The notes under the pieces: generated by a model
Seen by the model: the letters and a program-made list of their open reading frames with translations, nothing else
Database searches by the model: none
What the model was told of the DNA's origin: nothing
Origin: Lama guanicoe
Taxonomy: Eukaryota
Direction of reading: 5' to 3'
Length of the DNA stretch: 64,000 nucleotides
Assembly: GCA_013239625.1 (NCBI GenBank)
Contig: MU053994.1
Span: forward strand, 2,671,589-2,735,588
Shown here: positions 27,488-38,217 of the stretch, one piece after another
Numbering within the stretch: the first letter of the stretch is position 1
Layout of the letters: every line of letters starts with the position of its first letter
Made by a program: the position numbers and the translations under genes

Positions 27488-28121
27488 TGTAAGTTTAAAG
27501 TGTACAGCGTAGTGATTTGACTTTTATATATTGTGAAATGATTACCACAACAGGTTTAGTTAACAGTCATCATCTCATATAGATAAAAAGAAAAGAAAAG
27601 AAAGAAAAAAACTTTCTTCCTTGTGATGAGAATTTATAGGATTTAGTCTCTTAGCAACTTTCAAATATACCATACAGCAGTGTTAACTATAGTCATTATG
27701 TTGTACATTACATCCTCAGTACTTATTTATCTTAGAACTGGAGGTTTGTATCTTTTGACCACCTTCATCCAATTTTCCCATCCTCTACCCCCTGCCTCTG
27801 ATAACCACAAATCTGATCTCTTTTTCTATGCGTTTGGGGGGGGGTTTGTTTTGTTTTTTAGATTCCACACATAAGTGAAATCATGCAGTATTTTTCTTCT
27901 CTGTCTGGCTTATTTCACTTAGTATAATGCCCTCAATGTCCATCCATGTAACAAATAGCAGGATTTCCTTCTTTTTACGGCCAAGTAATATACCATTGTG
28001 TGTGTGTGTGTGTGTGTGTATCTTCTTTATCTATTCATCTGTTGATGGACACTTAAGTTGTTCCTACATCTTGGCTATTGTAAGTAATGCTGCAATGAAC
28101 ATGGAGGTATGGATATCCCTT

Positions 28122-28470
28122 TGATTCATTAATCTAAGACATGCTTTTTCTTCTTACACTTTATCATTCTGGAAATCGGAAGTGTCTTACAATTGACACT
28201 TACAATACCTGCTTGTCAAACATCTGTTCTGATGTATTTGTAATTGTTGAAACATGCAGGAATTTAGCCATAGTAATTCATATTGCCATCAGTTTAGTTG
28301 GGTTATATGCACTATTGATATTATATCTGTTAAGTTTGGTTGCCATTTAAAACATTTTCAAAATATTACACCATTATTTGGGATTGAAATTAAAAGTTAT
28401 TGCATCTGCAAAAGGTACAGAGCAGCAAGGCATAAATTAATGAAGGTTCAAATTCTTCTGTTAGGATCAA
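28122..28470 (+). mobile_element. Kanga/MER104-like TcMar-Tc2 DNA transposon 5' fragment
   Basis: 'ctaagacatgc..ctggaaatcggaagtgtcttacaattg' end motif and a decayed transposase start 'ttgaaattaaaagttattgc..cagagcagcaaggcataaatt'. Confidence 0.6.
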
Positions 28471-29729
28471 GAAGTACCAGCAGCAAAACTTGCAAAATAG
28501 GTGCCAATGACTTGGGAAACCCCAGCAACAATATTAGAGTGTTAACTAATGCAGCATTATCAATTTCCTAGATGACACAAAGGATGGTAATATTTGGGAA
28601 AACTTACAACAGCAAGAACCAGGTTGTGAAAATGGTATAGCTCCCAAGAAGAGGATTTCCCCAACTTCCTCTTCATATGTGATCATGAGGAATAATGGAC
28701 AAAGAAGAAACTCCCAAAGAGCAAGCTCAGGCTCCTTAGAGGACAATGAATATGGGCATTTTTCCCATCAGTAGAATCAAGGCAGTCAAGCTAGTCAAGG
28801 AATTTAATCTACTGTCCGGGTGGGAGTCTTTCCATTACTTGCTAAGTGGGCATAACAATCACTATCGACCAATGACTACTGGTGTTTCTAATTTGTCCTT
28901 TTTCCAAATAAGAGTTTTATTATAGTTATCTTTTTCCCATATCACCACTGGATATTGGGTAGGGAGGGAGCAGATAATACATACACAGACCATTGGGAGC
29001 CACACTCATTAAATTCCATTCTCTCTTCTTCCGTAACAATAAAGCCATGGCTATGTTGTGGCAGCCTAGCCTGGGACTACACTTCCCAGTCTTCCTTGCA
29101 GCAAAAGGAAGCCATGGTTATACGACAAAGATTTCACCAATGGAATGTGAGTAGAAATGATATAACTTCAGCTTCCCTTACCTAAATGAAATTCCTTGGC
29201 CCTGGGATTCTTCTCTTTCTGCTAGCTGGAAAAGTAACTAGAGTGACCCTAGAAGGCATGGGTTGAAGATAGCAGAGTATCCTACCAGCCTGAACCTTGG
29301 GATCATGATATAAGGAAGAATTCAACTTCTTTATTCTTTAAGCTCCTGGTGTTGGGAATCTTTGTTACAGCACATAGCCTTTAACCATAACTAATACACA
29401 TAACTTAGAACTGTTTAAACGTACAATGAAAAATATTAGATAACTTCCAAATGTGTGAAAAGGTAAGTAGTTTTGTTTTGTTTTAGTTTCTTTTACGGGA
29501 TTCCAAGCAAAAAACTTAGACTTCTGGGATTGGTCATACTTGATGGTCCCTGTTCCTTCACCTTCTAGTCTAACTCATCATTCTTGATCCCTTCTTCTCC
29601 AGAAAGAGGGGATGCAGGTTCCAAAGAGGCACCCACTCTACCCTCTACAATCTTTAGATATATATCAAATGTCTTCCCCAACCATAGTTTCTTCTAAAGG
29701 GACCTACCCTTCAGCTCCTGTTGAGAAAG

Positions 29730-30100
29730 CTGCCCCACATTTTGTTCCGTGTGACTCAGTGCACCCCTCTGCCCCATCCCTGTCATGGTCACAACTGACC
29801 AAGCCAGGATAGGCACCTGACCAATGAGCCAATCCATGGACAGGCCAGGAACCTCTGATGTAGCCTGGTCCCAAACACCAAACTGGCTCTATCATATTAC
29901 TTCTTTTTAGAAGATATGCAACAAATGACAGAGAAAGCTGAAGATGAGCTTATGTCTAGAGAGAGGCCATGAATTAGTGCTCAGACCATTCAGGACAGAA
30001 AAATTGCAGAGAAGCCAAAACTGTGCATTGGCAGAAGCTAAGAAGTAGGAAAGAGCTATACAGAATAGAGGAAAGAAGTAAACTGCAGAGGCCACTTCTG
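29730..30100 (+). mobile_element. Old MaLR LTR fragment
   Basis: 'cccctctgccccatccctgtcatggtcacaactgacc..cacctgaccaa..agccaatc'. Confidence 0.4.
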
Positions 30101-30349
30101 TTTCACATATGGTATGCCATTTGTCCTAGTTATCTTCAGAACTATCAACTACAAACACCTAGGAGTTCTGGCTCAAATCAAACAAATATCCTTTAAAATG
30201 CACAGCTGAGGTTAAAATAATTAAATTTGGGAAGGGAGGGAGGAATAAAGAGAAAGCCAAAACCAACGTGGTAAGCTTGCACTGATGATGAATTTATTGT
30301 TCTTAGCAAACAAGAATCATGGCAGAGATGAGAGATAAAGAGCTCCTTC

Positions 30350-30384
30350 TTTATAACTCAATAAAAAGAAATGTTAAATAAAAA
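30350..30384 (+). mobile_element. 35-bp extreme 3' L1 insertion
   Basis: Perfect 15-bp TSD ataaagagctccttc (30335-30349 / 30385-30399) around 'tttataactcaataaaaagaaatgttaaataaaaa'. Confidence 0.8.
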
Positions 30385-30479
30385 ATAAAGAGCTCCTTCA
30401 GTGAAAAGATGGACTATTATTCTACCCACCAACAAAGGGACATCATGAAGACACTTGTCAATCTAGGCCTGACAATTAT

Positions 30480-30960
30480 TGGGGCTCCCAAGTGGGACCT
30501 ACATCAGCCGGGGAACACAGATTAAATGTCGCCAGTGTGGCCTCCCAGACATCTGGTACACCTTAGGTTCCCAATTGTTTGAATAACTGAGTCTAGTCCT
30601 CATTTTGGGGAAGGCACTCCGAGGGCAGTTATCCAATCTGTTCTATTTGTCCAGGCCACCAGTCGAAAGACATTTGTCCACCCTGTGGAATGAGTCATGG
30701 CTTTGAAAATGAGGTGGGGGAAAGAGATCTGAAGTGCTGATAGGTGTTTTGTGTGAAAGTGTAGCAGCTAGGGCTCTCTCTGCTGTTTCTGATAGACTTC
30801 TCAGTAAGATTAAGGGCAATGGTGATCAAATTATGGTCAGAGCTGTCTGGCAAAGAACGAAAGACCCAGCAGTCAGTTCAATTATAAACTGTGCAAGCAA
30901 ATCAGTTATGGAGAGCCACACCAGGGCATTTTCCTTTGTGAGAAAGGCTCCGGGGATGGT
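30480..30960 (-). pseudogene. env: env-like SU N-terminal remnant
   Basis: Minus translation ENALVWLS / frameshift / ACTVYN*TDCWVFRSLP (30860-30883) resembles the N-L-T-x-C-W-x-C motif of gamma-type SU; lies directly 3' of the integrase; left boundary uncertain. Confidence 0.6.
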
Positions 30961-32929
30961 TCTAAAAGACAAAAGGTCATTAGTGTCCCTCCCTCCTCTG
31001 TTCATCTTGGCATCTAAGGTGCTCCCTCCCCAGGTACTGGTGGTGTACTCCACAAAATTGGTGTGGCTCATTTTAGCAGCTATAAGTTCGCCTTTTTTCA
31101 ATCATCTGTTACTCATATCCAGACCTTTTGTCCACAAGGGTCAGGTGCAAGAGGAACAAGGCTTTTGTTTGTTTTTTTTAAATAAAACTTAGACCCATTA
31201 TGTCCCAGACTTTGGCCCACGTGGGTCATTGTAGGAAGACTCAGTGAGCAGTATACTCAGCCAAGCAGTCATTATCCTTACCATCTAGCCCACGGTAGTA
31301 CAACAGAGAATCCAGATGGCTGAATCAGAGATAAGTTTTGATCCTACTGACCCTTTTTGGACTAAGCTGCCACCCCGGGAATATATCAACCAGGCTGACT
31401 TGGGGTTACCATTAGGGAAAGAATGAAGCATCATGCCTAGAAATGATCAGGATGGAGTTCTCAATTTTCAAAATAGGTTTCTGCTAACCCCATGTCTTTT
31501 GTCCTTGGCTATCTAGGAAGTAGCTGAAAAGGGATGATAAATTTGGGGGGGGGCTGCATTCAGTGACCAAACTGCCCTACTCAGGTGTACAGACCAGGAG
31601 GAGGTGAGGGAAATAGAGTCAGAAATCTTTTAAAGTTGATTTTTGAGGAGGCTGGTCAAAACCTGCAATACCAGATGCCTGTGGATGGTAGGAGCATGGG
31701 AGGATTATTGAATACCTTGACAATCACCCCATTGTGTGTGGCTTTTTCCACAAAAGGGGCATTATTGTCAGCCTGCAAATGGTCTGCGAGGCTGATCACA
31801 TGACACAGATTAGCTTCAAGGACCACAGTGATTTGTTTGGACTCAGCTGATCAGACTGAAACAACAGGACAGTAACCTGAAAAAGTGTCAACAGCAGTGA
31901 GGCCCCACTGATAGGCCTGAGAGGGGGTCAGAAGTCCAAGGTAGTCAATATTCCAGGACCGGTTGGAGTCAATGACTCATGTGATGTGGCTTCCCTAATT
32001 ATGAGACAAATGGGTACAGCTTTTGGCAAGAGTCACAAGACTGGCATGAGTGGCACCTCTGCAGTAAAAGCATATAATTCATTTGTACCCAGTCTGTAGG
32101 GTGGATGTGTTGCCATGTCTCATCTGTGCTGCAGTGGTGATCATCTGAACAGTGCAGGCTTGATTAGCAGTTTGATTTTCAGATGGTCTCGTCAGAGAAC
32201 TGGCCTTTCCATGGGCATTGTCATGAGTGACCCAGATGGTTTAATCAGGAGTCATGATTTGTTTCCACAGTATGTGGCCACAAAGAGGGATGTTTTTAAT
32301 CTATTGTTTTCCAAGACCAAGCAACTAGGCCATTGGCAACAGCCAAGGAGTCAGTGAAAATAGAACAAGGTTCATCAAAGGGAGTATTGGTCAGAGCTAT
32401 GAGAATGGCCTGGAGTTCTGCCCACTAAGGGGGGCCGTGTTCATGTTTGGTTCTGCATAGCTGGTGGTGAGGTTGAACAGCTACAGCATCCCCGGGGACA
32501 CCACTGGGTTTCAGTTTGAACCATCAGTGAACCAGGCCCAGGCATTAGAAGGGGGGCTTCTGTGAATCAAGGGTCCCATTAGCACTGTTTCAGGCAACAT
32601 AGTGGGGGATACATTATTTCCCAAAGGGCCAGCTGTCACTTTTTCATGTAAAGTTGAGGTGCTGCTTGGGCCAGGCCAGTTGCTTTCTTGAATAAACAAC
32701 TTCCTTTTGATAGTGAAGCTTACTAGGCCCATCCCACGTTGTCAGTCATTGCATTCGAGTTGAACTACCTTCAATGGCAATATTAAGTGGGAGAGGCACC
32801 AGACCTCCATGGGTCAGGTGTTCAGTTTTGACAAGAACCCAGGAGTAAGCTAACAACTGCTTTTCCAAGGGTTATTTCTAGCAGCCGTGTCAGGGAGTCA
32901 CGTGATTAGTCTAGAACCCCAAGGGATAT

Positions 32930-33068
32930 TTTTTTTAACACCTTTATTGTGGTATGGTTCCTATACAGTAAAGGATACATATTTCAAATGTACAGTCTGA
33001 TGAATTTTAATAGATGTGTACACCAATGAAACTACTACCACAATCAAGACAGCTAACATTTCCATCAC
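32930..33068 (-). mobile_element. Short L1 3' end inserted in ERV pol
   Basis: Poly-T plus L1M 3' motif; approximate TSD ccccaagggatatt / ccccaaggggcatt. Confidence 0.8.
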
Positions 33069-34045
33069 TCCCCAAGGGGCATTTCTGAGTGGAGGTTGCC
33101 TCCCTTTGCCAGATACTTTAACCATCTGTCATGATAATTAAATTTATGGGACACTAAAGGTAAAAAGCTAAGCCATAGATTGTAGGGCGGCTTCAAACAC
33201 GGTCTGTTGGTATAAGCCCCACTCAAAGGATGCTGATTAGCAGGTTAGCTGATAAAAGACTAAGCCAGACACTGTCTCCAATACCCAAAGAGGCCAATAA
33301 GGTGCTGGCTTTCCTGTTTGGCTTGGAAGGCCAAAGAGACGGCCGTGTTTTCATGACCACCACAGGGATTGAGTGTTATAAATCCACTCACTTAGTCCCA
33401 AGAAACTTTGCTTGGTGAGCAGGCCCCTGAATTTTGTCAGGTTTATCAGCTCTTCCTCCTGGCTACCTCCACAACATGATAGCATCGCCATCAAGGTCAC
33501 TGAGACTGAGGCTTTTGACTTGCCAACAAGGCATCATCCATATAGTGAAAGCTTGGAAGGGTAGAGAAACTCATGCTAAATCCTGACTCACCAACTCATG
33601 GCAAATGGCAGGGCAGCTTAGTTACCCTAGAGGATACTATAAACATATATTGGAGGCCTTGCTACCTGAACTCAAACTGACCTTGATCCTCAAATGTCAG
33701 TAAGATGGCACAGAAGGCGTCAGTGATGTCAAAAACTGCATACCACCTGTCATCAGCCTGTGCACTGGATTCAGTTGCAGTCACAATGTCTGGAATAGCC
33801 AGGGCTATGGGAGTAATCATTGAAATCAGTTGGTAATAATCTGCTCTAAGACTTTAGCTCCTGTTAGTCTTCTTCACTGGCCATTGAGGGCTGTCATTTT
33901 GAAATATTGCATCACTTAGCACCTTTGATGCCTTTAAGTCTTTAATCAAGGCTGTGATTTTTCTTTGTTTTCCGGTGGGGTTCTTTAGCTTCTGGTGGAT
34001 CACAAGAGGAGACAGGGAGGTGGATTGAAAAGCTATTTACACTTT

Positions 34046-34618
34046 TGCTATAGACTGAATTATTGTGTTTTCCCAAAATTCGTATGTTTAAACCTACCCC
34101 TCAGTGTGATAATTTTAGGAGGTGGGGCCTTTAGTGGGTGATTAGGTAATGAGGATTAGTGTCCTTATTAAAACGCAGTGGTGGGTTGAGGGGAGGGTGT
34201 AGCTCAGTGATAGAATGTGTGCTTAGCATGCATGAGGTCCTGGGTTCAATCCCCAGCACCTCCATCAAAAAAAAAAAAAGATAAACCTAATTACTTTCCC
34301 CTGCCACAAAAAAAAAAACCAAAATAAATAAAGTATATGAGAGGATGCACATAGGTTATATGCAAATGCTGCACCATTTAAAAAAAATAAAAATGAAAGA
34401 GATCCACAGAGCTCCCTAGCCCCTTCTGCCATGCGAGGACACAGCAAGAAGATGATCATCTCTTTATGAAACAGGAAGCAGATCCTCACCAGACAATGAA
34501 TCTGTTAGAGCCTTGATCTTGGACTTCCCAGCCTCCAGAACTGTGAGAAATAAATTTTTCTTGTTTATAAGCCACCCAGTCTATGGTATTGTTATAGCAT
34601 CCTGAACTGACCAAGACA
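34046..34618 (+). mobile_element. MLT1A-type MaLR solo LTR inserted in ERV pol
   Basis: tgctatag...ccaagaca termini, TSD acttt/acttc, core 'ccttgatcttggacttcccagcctccagaactgtgagaaataaa'. Confidence 0.9.
34190..34332 (+). mobile_element. tRNA-Ala-derived SINE (camelid vic-1 type)
   Basis: ggggagggtgtagctcagtg (A box)...gggttcaatcccc (B box) followed by an A-rich tail. Confidence 0.9.
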
Positions 34619-34849
34619 ACTTCCCACTACTGTTTCTGTCTATGCTGCTCTTCCCAATGTCAAGAGTCCCCACTGGCACTTAAGGGATAAGAATATAACA
34701 CGTCAACCCTGTTATACGTTCGGATGAGGAACAGTCACAGCCTCACGACTTCCTGGCCGGAGCTACTGGGTTGGCACCTCCCAGCAGACTTGAGCTTGGT
34801 TTGCACAGTAGTGACCTTCTTTGAGGATTTCACTTTAATCCAGGGCATC

Positions 34850-35704
34850 TGTTGCCCCATCACTAAAGTCTCTTATGTCCTCACCTGATTTCAACATGAG
34901 GGGAGTTTTCCAGGGCAGCAGGGCTGATTGGAAGAATCTGCCTAGGTCTGACTGAGTCAGTTTCTCATTCTCCAGTGGGTCACCTTCACCAGAACTGTTG
35001 ACCAATCGAAGGCAGTAAGAGCCTGAAGATTAGTTCATGCCTCATCTCTGGCTTCCTATGGCAGTTTTTCTGTTTCTGGGAAATCTCCCTGGGAGGCCCA
35101 AAGCTCCCTTGTAAGAGCCAGAACCGATGGCAAAACCCCTCTGAGACCTCTCAGTGTCCGCTCCTAGAGGGTCTCAGGCAGACATGATAGACAGCAGGAG
35201 GGGCTGAGCCGGAAGACAGCACAGCCACTGCCCTCTTCCTTGACAAGAATTATTAGCTCCGTTCCTTCATCTCCCAAGCGAACCAGCCGAACTTCTAATG
35301 CTTTGCCTGGTTTCTGCCTATAATGGTCATGAATTCCCCTCCTTTCCTACATCCCTGCAACTGTTGTGTCAAAGGGGATGGAATCTTTGGCGCACCTTGG
35401 TCAAATCCTAGTGCCGTTATTATGGTGGGCCATACCTGAGGCTAGCCACCAAGTTGGTAAGGGAGTCCCCCACCTGAAGGAGATTCTGCCCCAACCAGGG
35501 CAGCATCTGGGTGTCTGTCTTCAAACCTACTTCCTGGATCCACCTCTCCAATTCCTCCTGATGAACAGGCAATTAAGGGACGGACCACATAGTGTCTGGT
35601 TGAGCAGACAGTTTGGTTGATACATTTCCCAATTCTCACGGGCTTCCCTCAAATCCCATTCATTCACTCACAACATCCTCATCCTTCCTCTTCTAGAAAG
35701 CCAT
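34850..35704 (-). pseudogene. gag: ERV gag remnant
   Basis: Lies between the PBS and pro-pol; ATG at 35704 about 12 nt after the PBS, then a stop-interrupted frame (EELERWIQE..LPWLGQ). Confidence 0.55.
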
Positions 35705-35716
35705 GTTTCCGTCGGC

Positions 35717-35734
35717 CTCCCAGCCTCATCACCA
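35717..35734 (-). other. Primer binding site, tRNA-Ser(GCT)-like
   Basis: tggtgatgaggctgggag versus the tRNA-Ser(GCT) 3' complement tggcgacgaggatgggat: 14/18, two mismatches are CpG decays; 4 nt after the LTR end. Confidence 0.7.
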
Positions 35735-35738
35735 AAAC

Positions 35739-36787
35739 TCTCAGGAGCTGTGAAAGGTCTGAGATTTACTCTACTCTCAAGCTAGCAAGCTAGCCTGCCA
35801 CAGTTTATAGATTCTGGTAGAGAACCTGAAAGAAACTCCTGGCTCAGACAAGGAAAGTTAATTACTGTAGCAAAAGCAATAGCCAGTTTCTTGAGCCCCA
35901 ATTCTGTAGGGAAACTCATCTGTGCCAGTGCCACTGACAACACTGCGTATGTCCCCAGAGGCCGTGGAGGCAAGTCTCAACTACAGGTGGACCCGTGCCT
36001 TGGTGGAAGGCCCTGTGATGCTCCCAGATCATGGGAGGATAGGCAGTCTGGGAAGAGCTGCTGCAGAACCATTCATTTCTCATCTGCCTCTCTATCTTGA
36101 AGGCGGCTGCCATGAGCCAGTTTTCATCACCTCCCTGGTTTCAGTGAGGTCTGGTACGTTCCACCTTGCCCCCTCCTCCTTAAGTTAGAGCCGTAGGCTC
36201 TAAAACTACCTAGTGTAGATATGCCGAATAGAAATGGCTCTGGCCCTCATGTTGCCTGTCATTGGCTTCTTTAGTTTGGTGTTTTCCTGGGGGACAAGGA
36301 ACACAGGGAGCTGACACCACGCTGATCTTTCTTTTTCTGTTGATGTAAGGAATAAGTTGAATGCATCGATCTGGGCTTGCTGTTCTCTGTATGCTGTTTG
36401 ACAAATTCTCACAGGACCAGGTGACACCGGCACAGGCGGTGGAGGGAGGGGGGCTGCATTTCAGGGGAGAAACTCTGAGCTCAGAGAATCTGCATCTTTC
36501 AAATGGGCAGTAAGCATGCCTGCCCTTGATTCCAAAGGGAGACATTATTTTTATTATACTGCAGAGTAAGTATGCCTTCCCTCTGCTTCAGATATAAACA
36601 TTATCTTTATTATACTGGACAGTAAACATGCCTGCCTTTTTCTTAAAAAGGAGACACTATCTCTGTCTTTCAAGGGGGTACTCTAGATAAACCTCCTTAA
36701 AAAGATAGTTTAGAAGAAGGATAAACAGTGCCTCACTTGCAAGATGTGTATAAACATGAGACACCTATGGGAAATTGTCTCCCAACA
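35739..36787 (-). mobile_element. 5' LTR of the provirus (MER76/LTR47-like), containing a nested LTR
   Basis: Minus start tgttgggagacaatttccc; 3' end homologous to the 21512 copy; immediately precedes the PBS. Confidence 0.8.
35905..36403 (+). mobile_element. Nested solo LTR (class III by TSD length), family unassigned
   Basis: tgtaggg...tttgaca termini; perfect 5-bp TSD aattc (35900-35904 / 36404-36408). Confidence 0.85.
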
Positions 36788-36834
36788 AAGGATACATACA
36801 CTATAGTGCTATTTTGATTCATTTTTCTCATTCA

Positions 36835-37660
36835 GCCTTATTTTTTAAAATTTTATCATGGTAAATATAGACAACATAAAAGTTGCCATGTTAATCGTTT
36901 ATATGCATACGATTTAGTGGCATTAATTACATTCACAGTGTTGTGCAACCATCATCACTATCTTTTTCTGAAACTTCTTCATCATCTCAAACAGAAATTC
37001 TGTAACCATTAAGCAATAACTCCCCCATTCTCCCTTTCCCTCAGTGCCTGGTAACATCTTATCTACTTTATGTTTCCATGAATTTGCCTATTCTAGATAT
37101 TTCAAATAAGTGAAATGATACATTTGTCCTTTCATGTCTGGCTTATATCACATAGCATAATGATTTTAAGGTTCATCCACGCTGTAGCATGCGCCAGAAC
37201 TTCACTACTTTTTACGACTATACAATATTCTATTGTATGAATATACCACATTTTGTTTATCCATTCATCTAGTGATGGACACTTGGATTATTTCCACCTT
37301 TTGGTGATTGTGAATAAGGCTCCAGTGAACATTGGCATACAGATACCTAAGTCCTTGTTTTCAATTCTTTTGGGTATATACCTAGGAATGGATTTACTGG
37401 GTATATACTAACCCTATGTTAAGATTTTTGGGAACTGGCCAACTGTTTTCCACAGCGGCCACACCATTTTGTATTTCTACAAGTAATACATGAAGGTTCC
37501 AATTCTACCATATCCTTGTCAACACTTGTTATTTTCCAGTTTTTGAGTAGAGCCACCCTATTAGATGTGAAGTAGTATCTCACTGTGATTTTGCTTTGCA
37601 TTTCCCTAGTGACTAATAATGTTGAGCATCTTTTCATGTGCCAATCGGTCATTTGTTTAT
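36835..37660 (-). mobile_element. L1MB-type 3' end
   Basis: 'acattcacagtgttgtgcaaccatcatcactatc'; ORF 37419-37721 is L1 ORF2 C-terminus-like. Confidence 0.85.
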
Positions 37661-38186
37661 CTTTTTCCCCAGCTTTACAGAGATGTAATTGACAAAAATT
37701 GTATATATATAAGGTGTGCAATGTGTAAAGATTGTAAAGATTGATTTACATATACATTGTGAAGTAATTACCACAATCAAACTAATAAACTAATGCATCA
37801 CCTCACATAGTTACCTTCTTTTGTGTGTGGTGAGAACAATTTGAAGGTCTACTTTCTTAGCAGATTTCAAGTCAACCACACGGTATTGTTAACTATAATT
37901 ACCATACTATTTATTAGATCCCCAGAACTTATGCAACTTATAGCTGAAAATTTGTACACTTTGATCAACATCTCCCCATTTCTTCAACCCCCAGCCCCTG
38001 GCAACCACCATTCAACTCTCTGTTCCTCTAAGTTCAACTTTTTTAGATTCCACATATAAGTGAGATCACACAGCATTTTCCTTTTTGTATCTGGCTTATT
38101 TGACTTAGTATAATGTCTTCTAGGTTCATCCACGTTGCCACAAATGGCAGGATTTCCTTCTCTTTTATGGCTGAATAATATTCCAT

Positions 38187-38217
<31 letters not shown>

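Larger units (their letters stand above)
25415..28122 (-). mobile_element. L1MA9-like 3' end interrupted by MER2 and Tigger1
   Basis: Poly-T plus 'tttattgagat' at 25415-25445 resumes as 'tgtaagtttaaagtgtacagc' at 27488. Confidence 0.8.
24590..29398 (+). mobile_element. Fragmented MaLR (MLT1H-like) provirus: LTR end, internal 24705-25390 and ~28560-28985, second LTR ~28990-29398
   Basis: LTR end 'aactaataca' followed by 'ggagctggtaccatggaagtggagcactgctgtaac' (MLT1-int start); later MLT1-int motifs; second LTR ends 'taactaataca'. Confidence 0.6.
31050..34850 (-). pseudogene. pol: ERV pro-pol remnant (RT, RNase H, integrase)
   Basis: Minus translation: SPQWPVKK..DY..ITPIALAIPDIV..WYAVFDITDAF; FHYMDD (YMDD at 33533-33544); AWFTDGS (RNase H); LTAVDTFSGY..LQADNNAPF (integrase core); many stops and frameshifts. 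Confidence 0.92.
30480..36787 (-). mobile_element. Decayed class III (ERV-L/HERV-S-like) provirus lacking a 3' LTR
   Basis: Minus-strand order is LTR, PBS, gag, pro-pol (RT, RNase H, integrase), env-like remnant; see sub-features. Confidence 0.9.

Noticed and set aside
30734..31192. 152-aa plus-strand ORF
   Set aside because: Antisense to the ERV integrase/env remnant, with no independent coding signal
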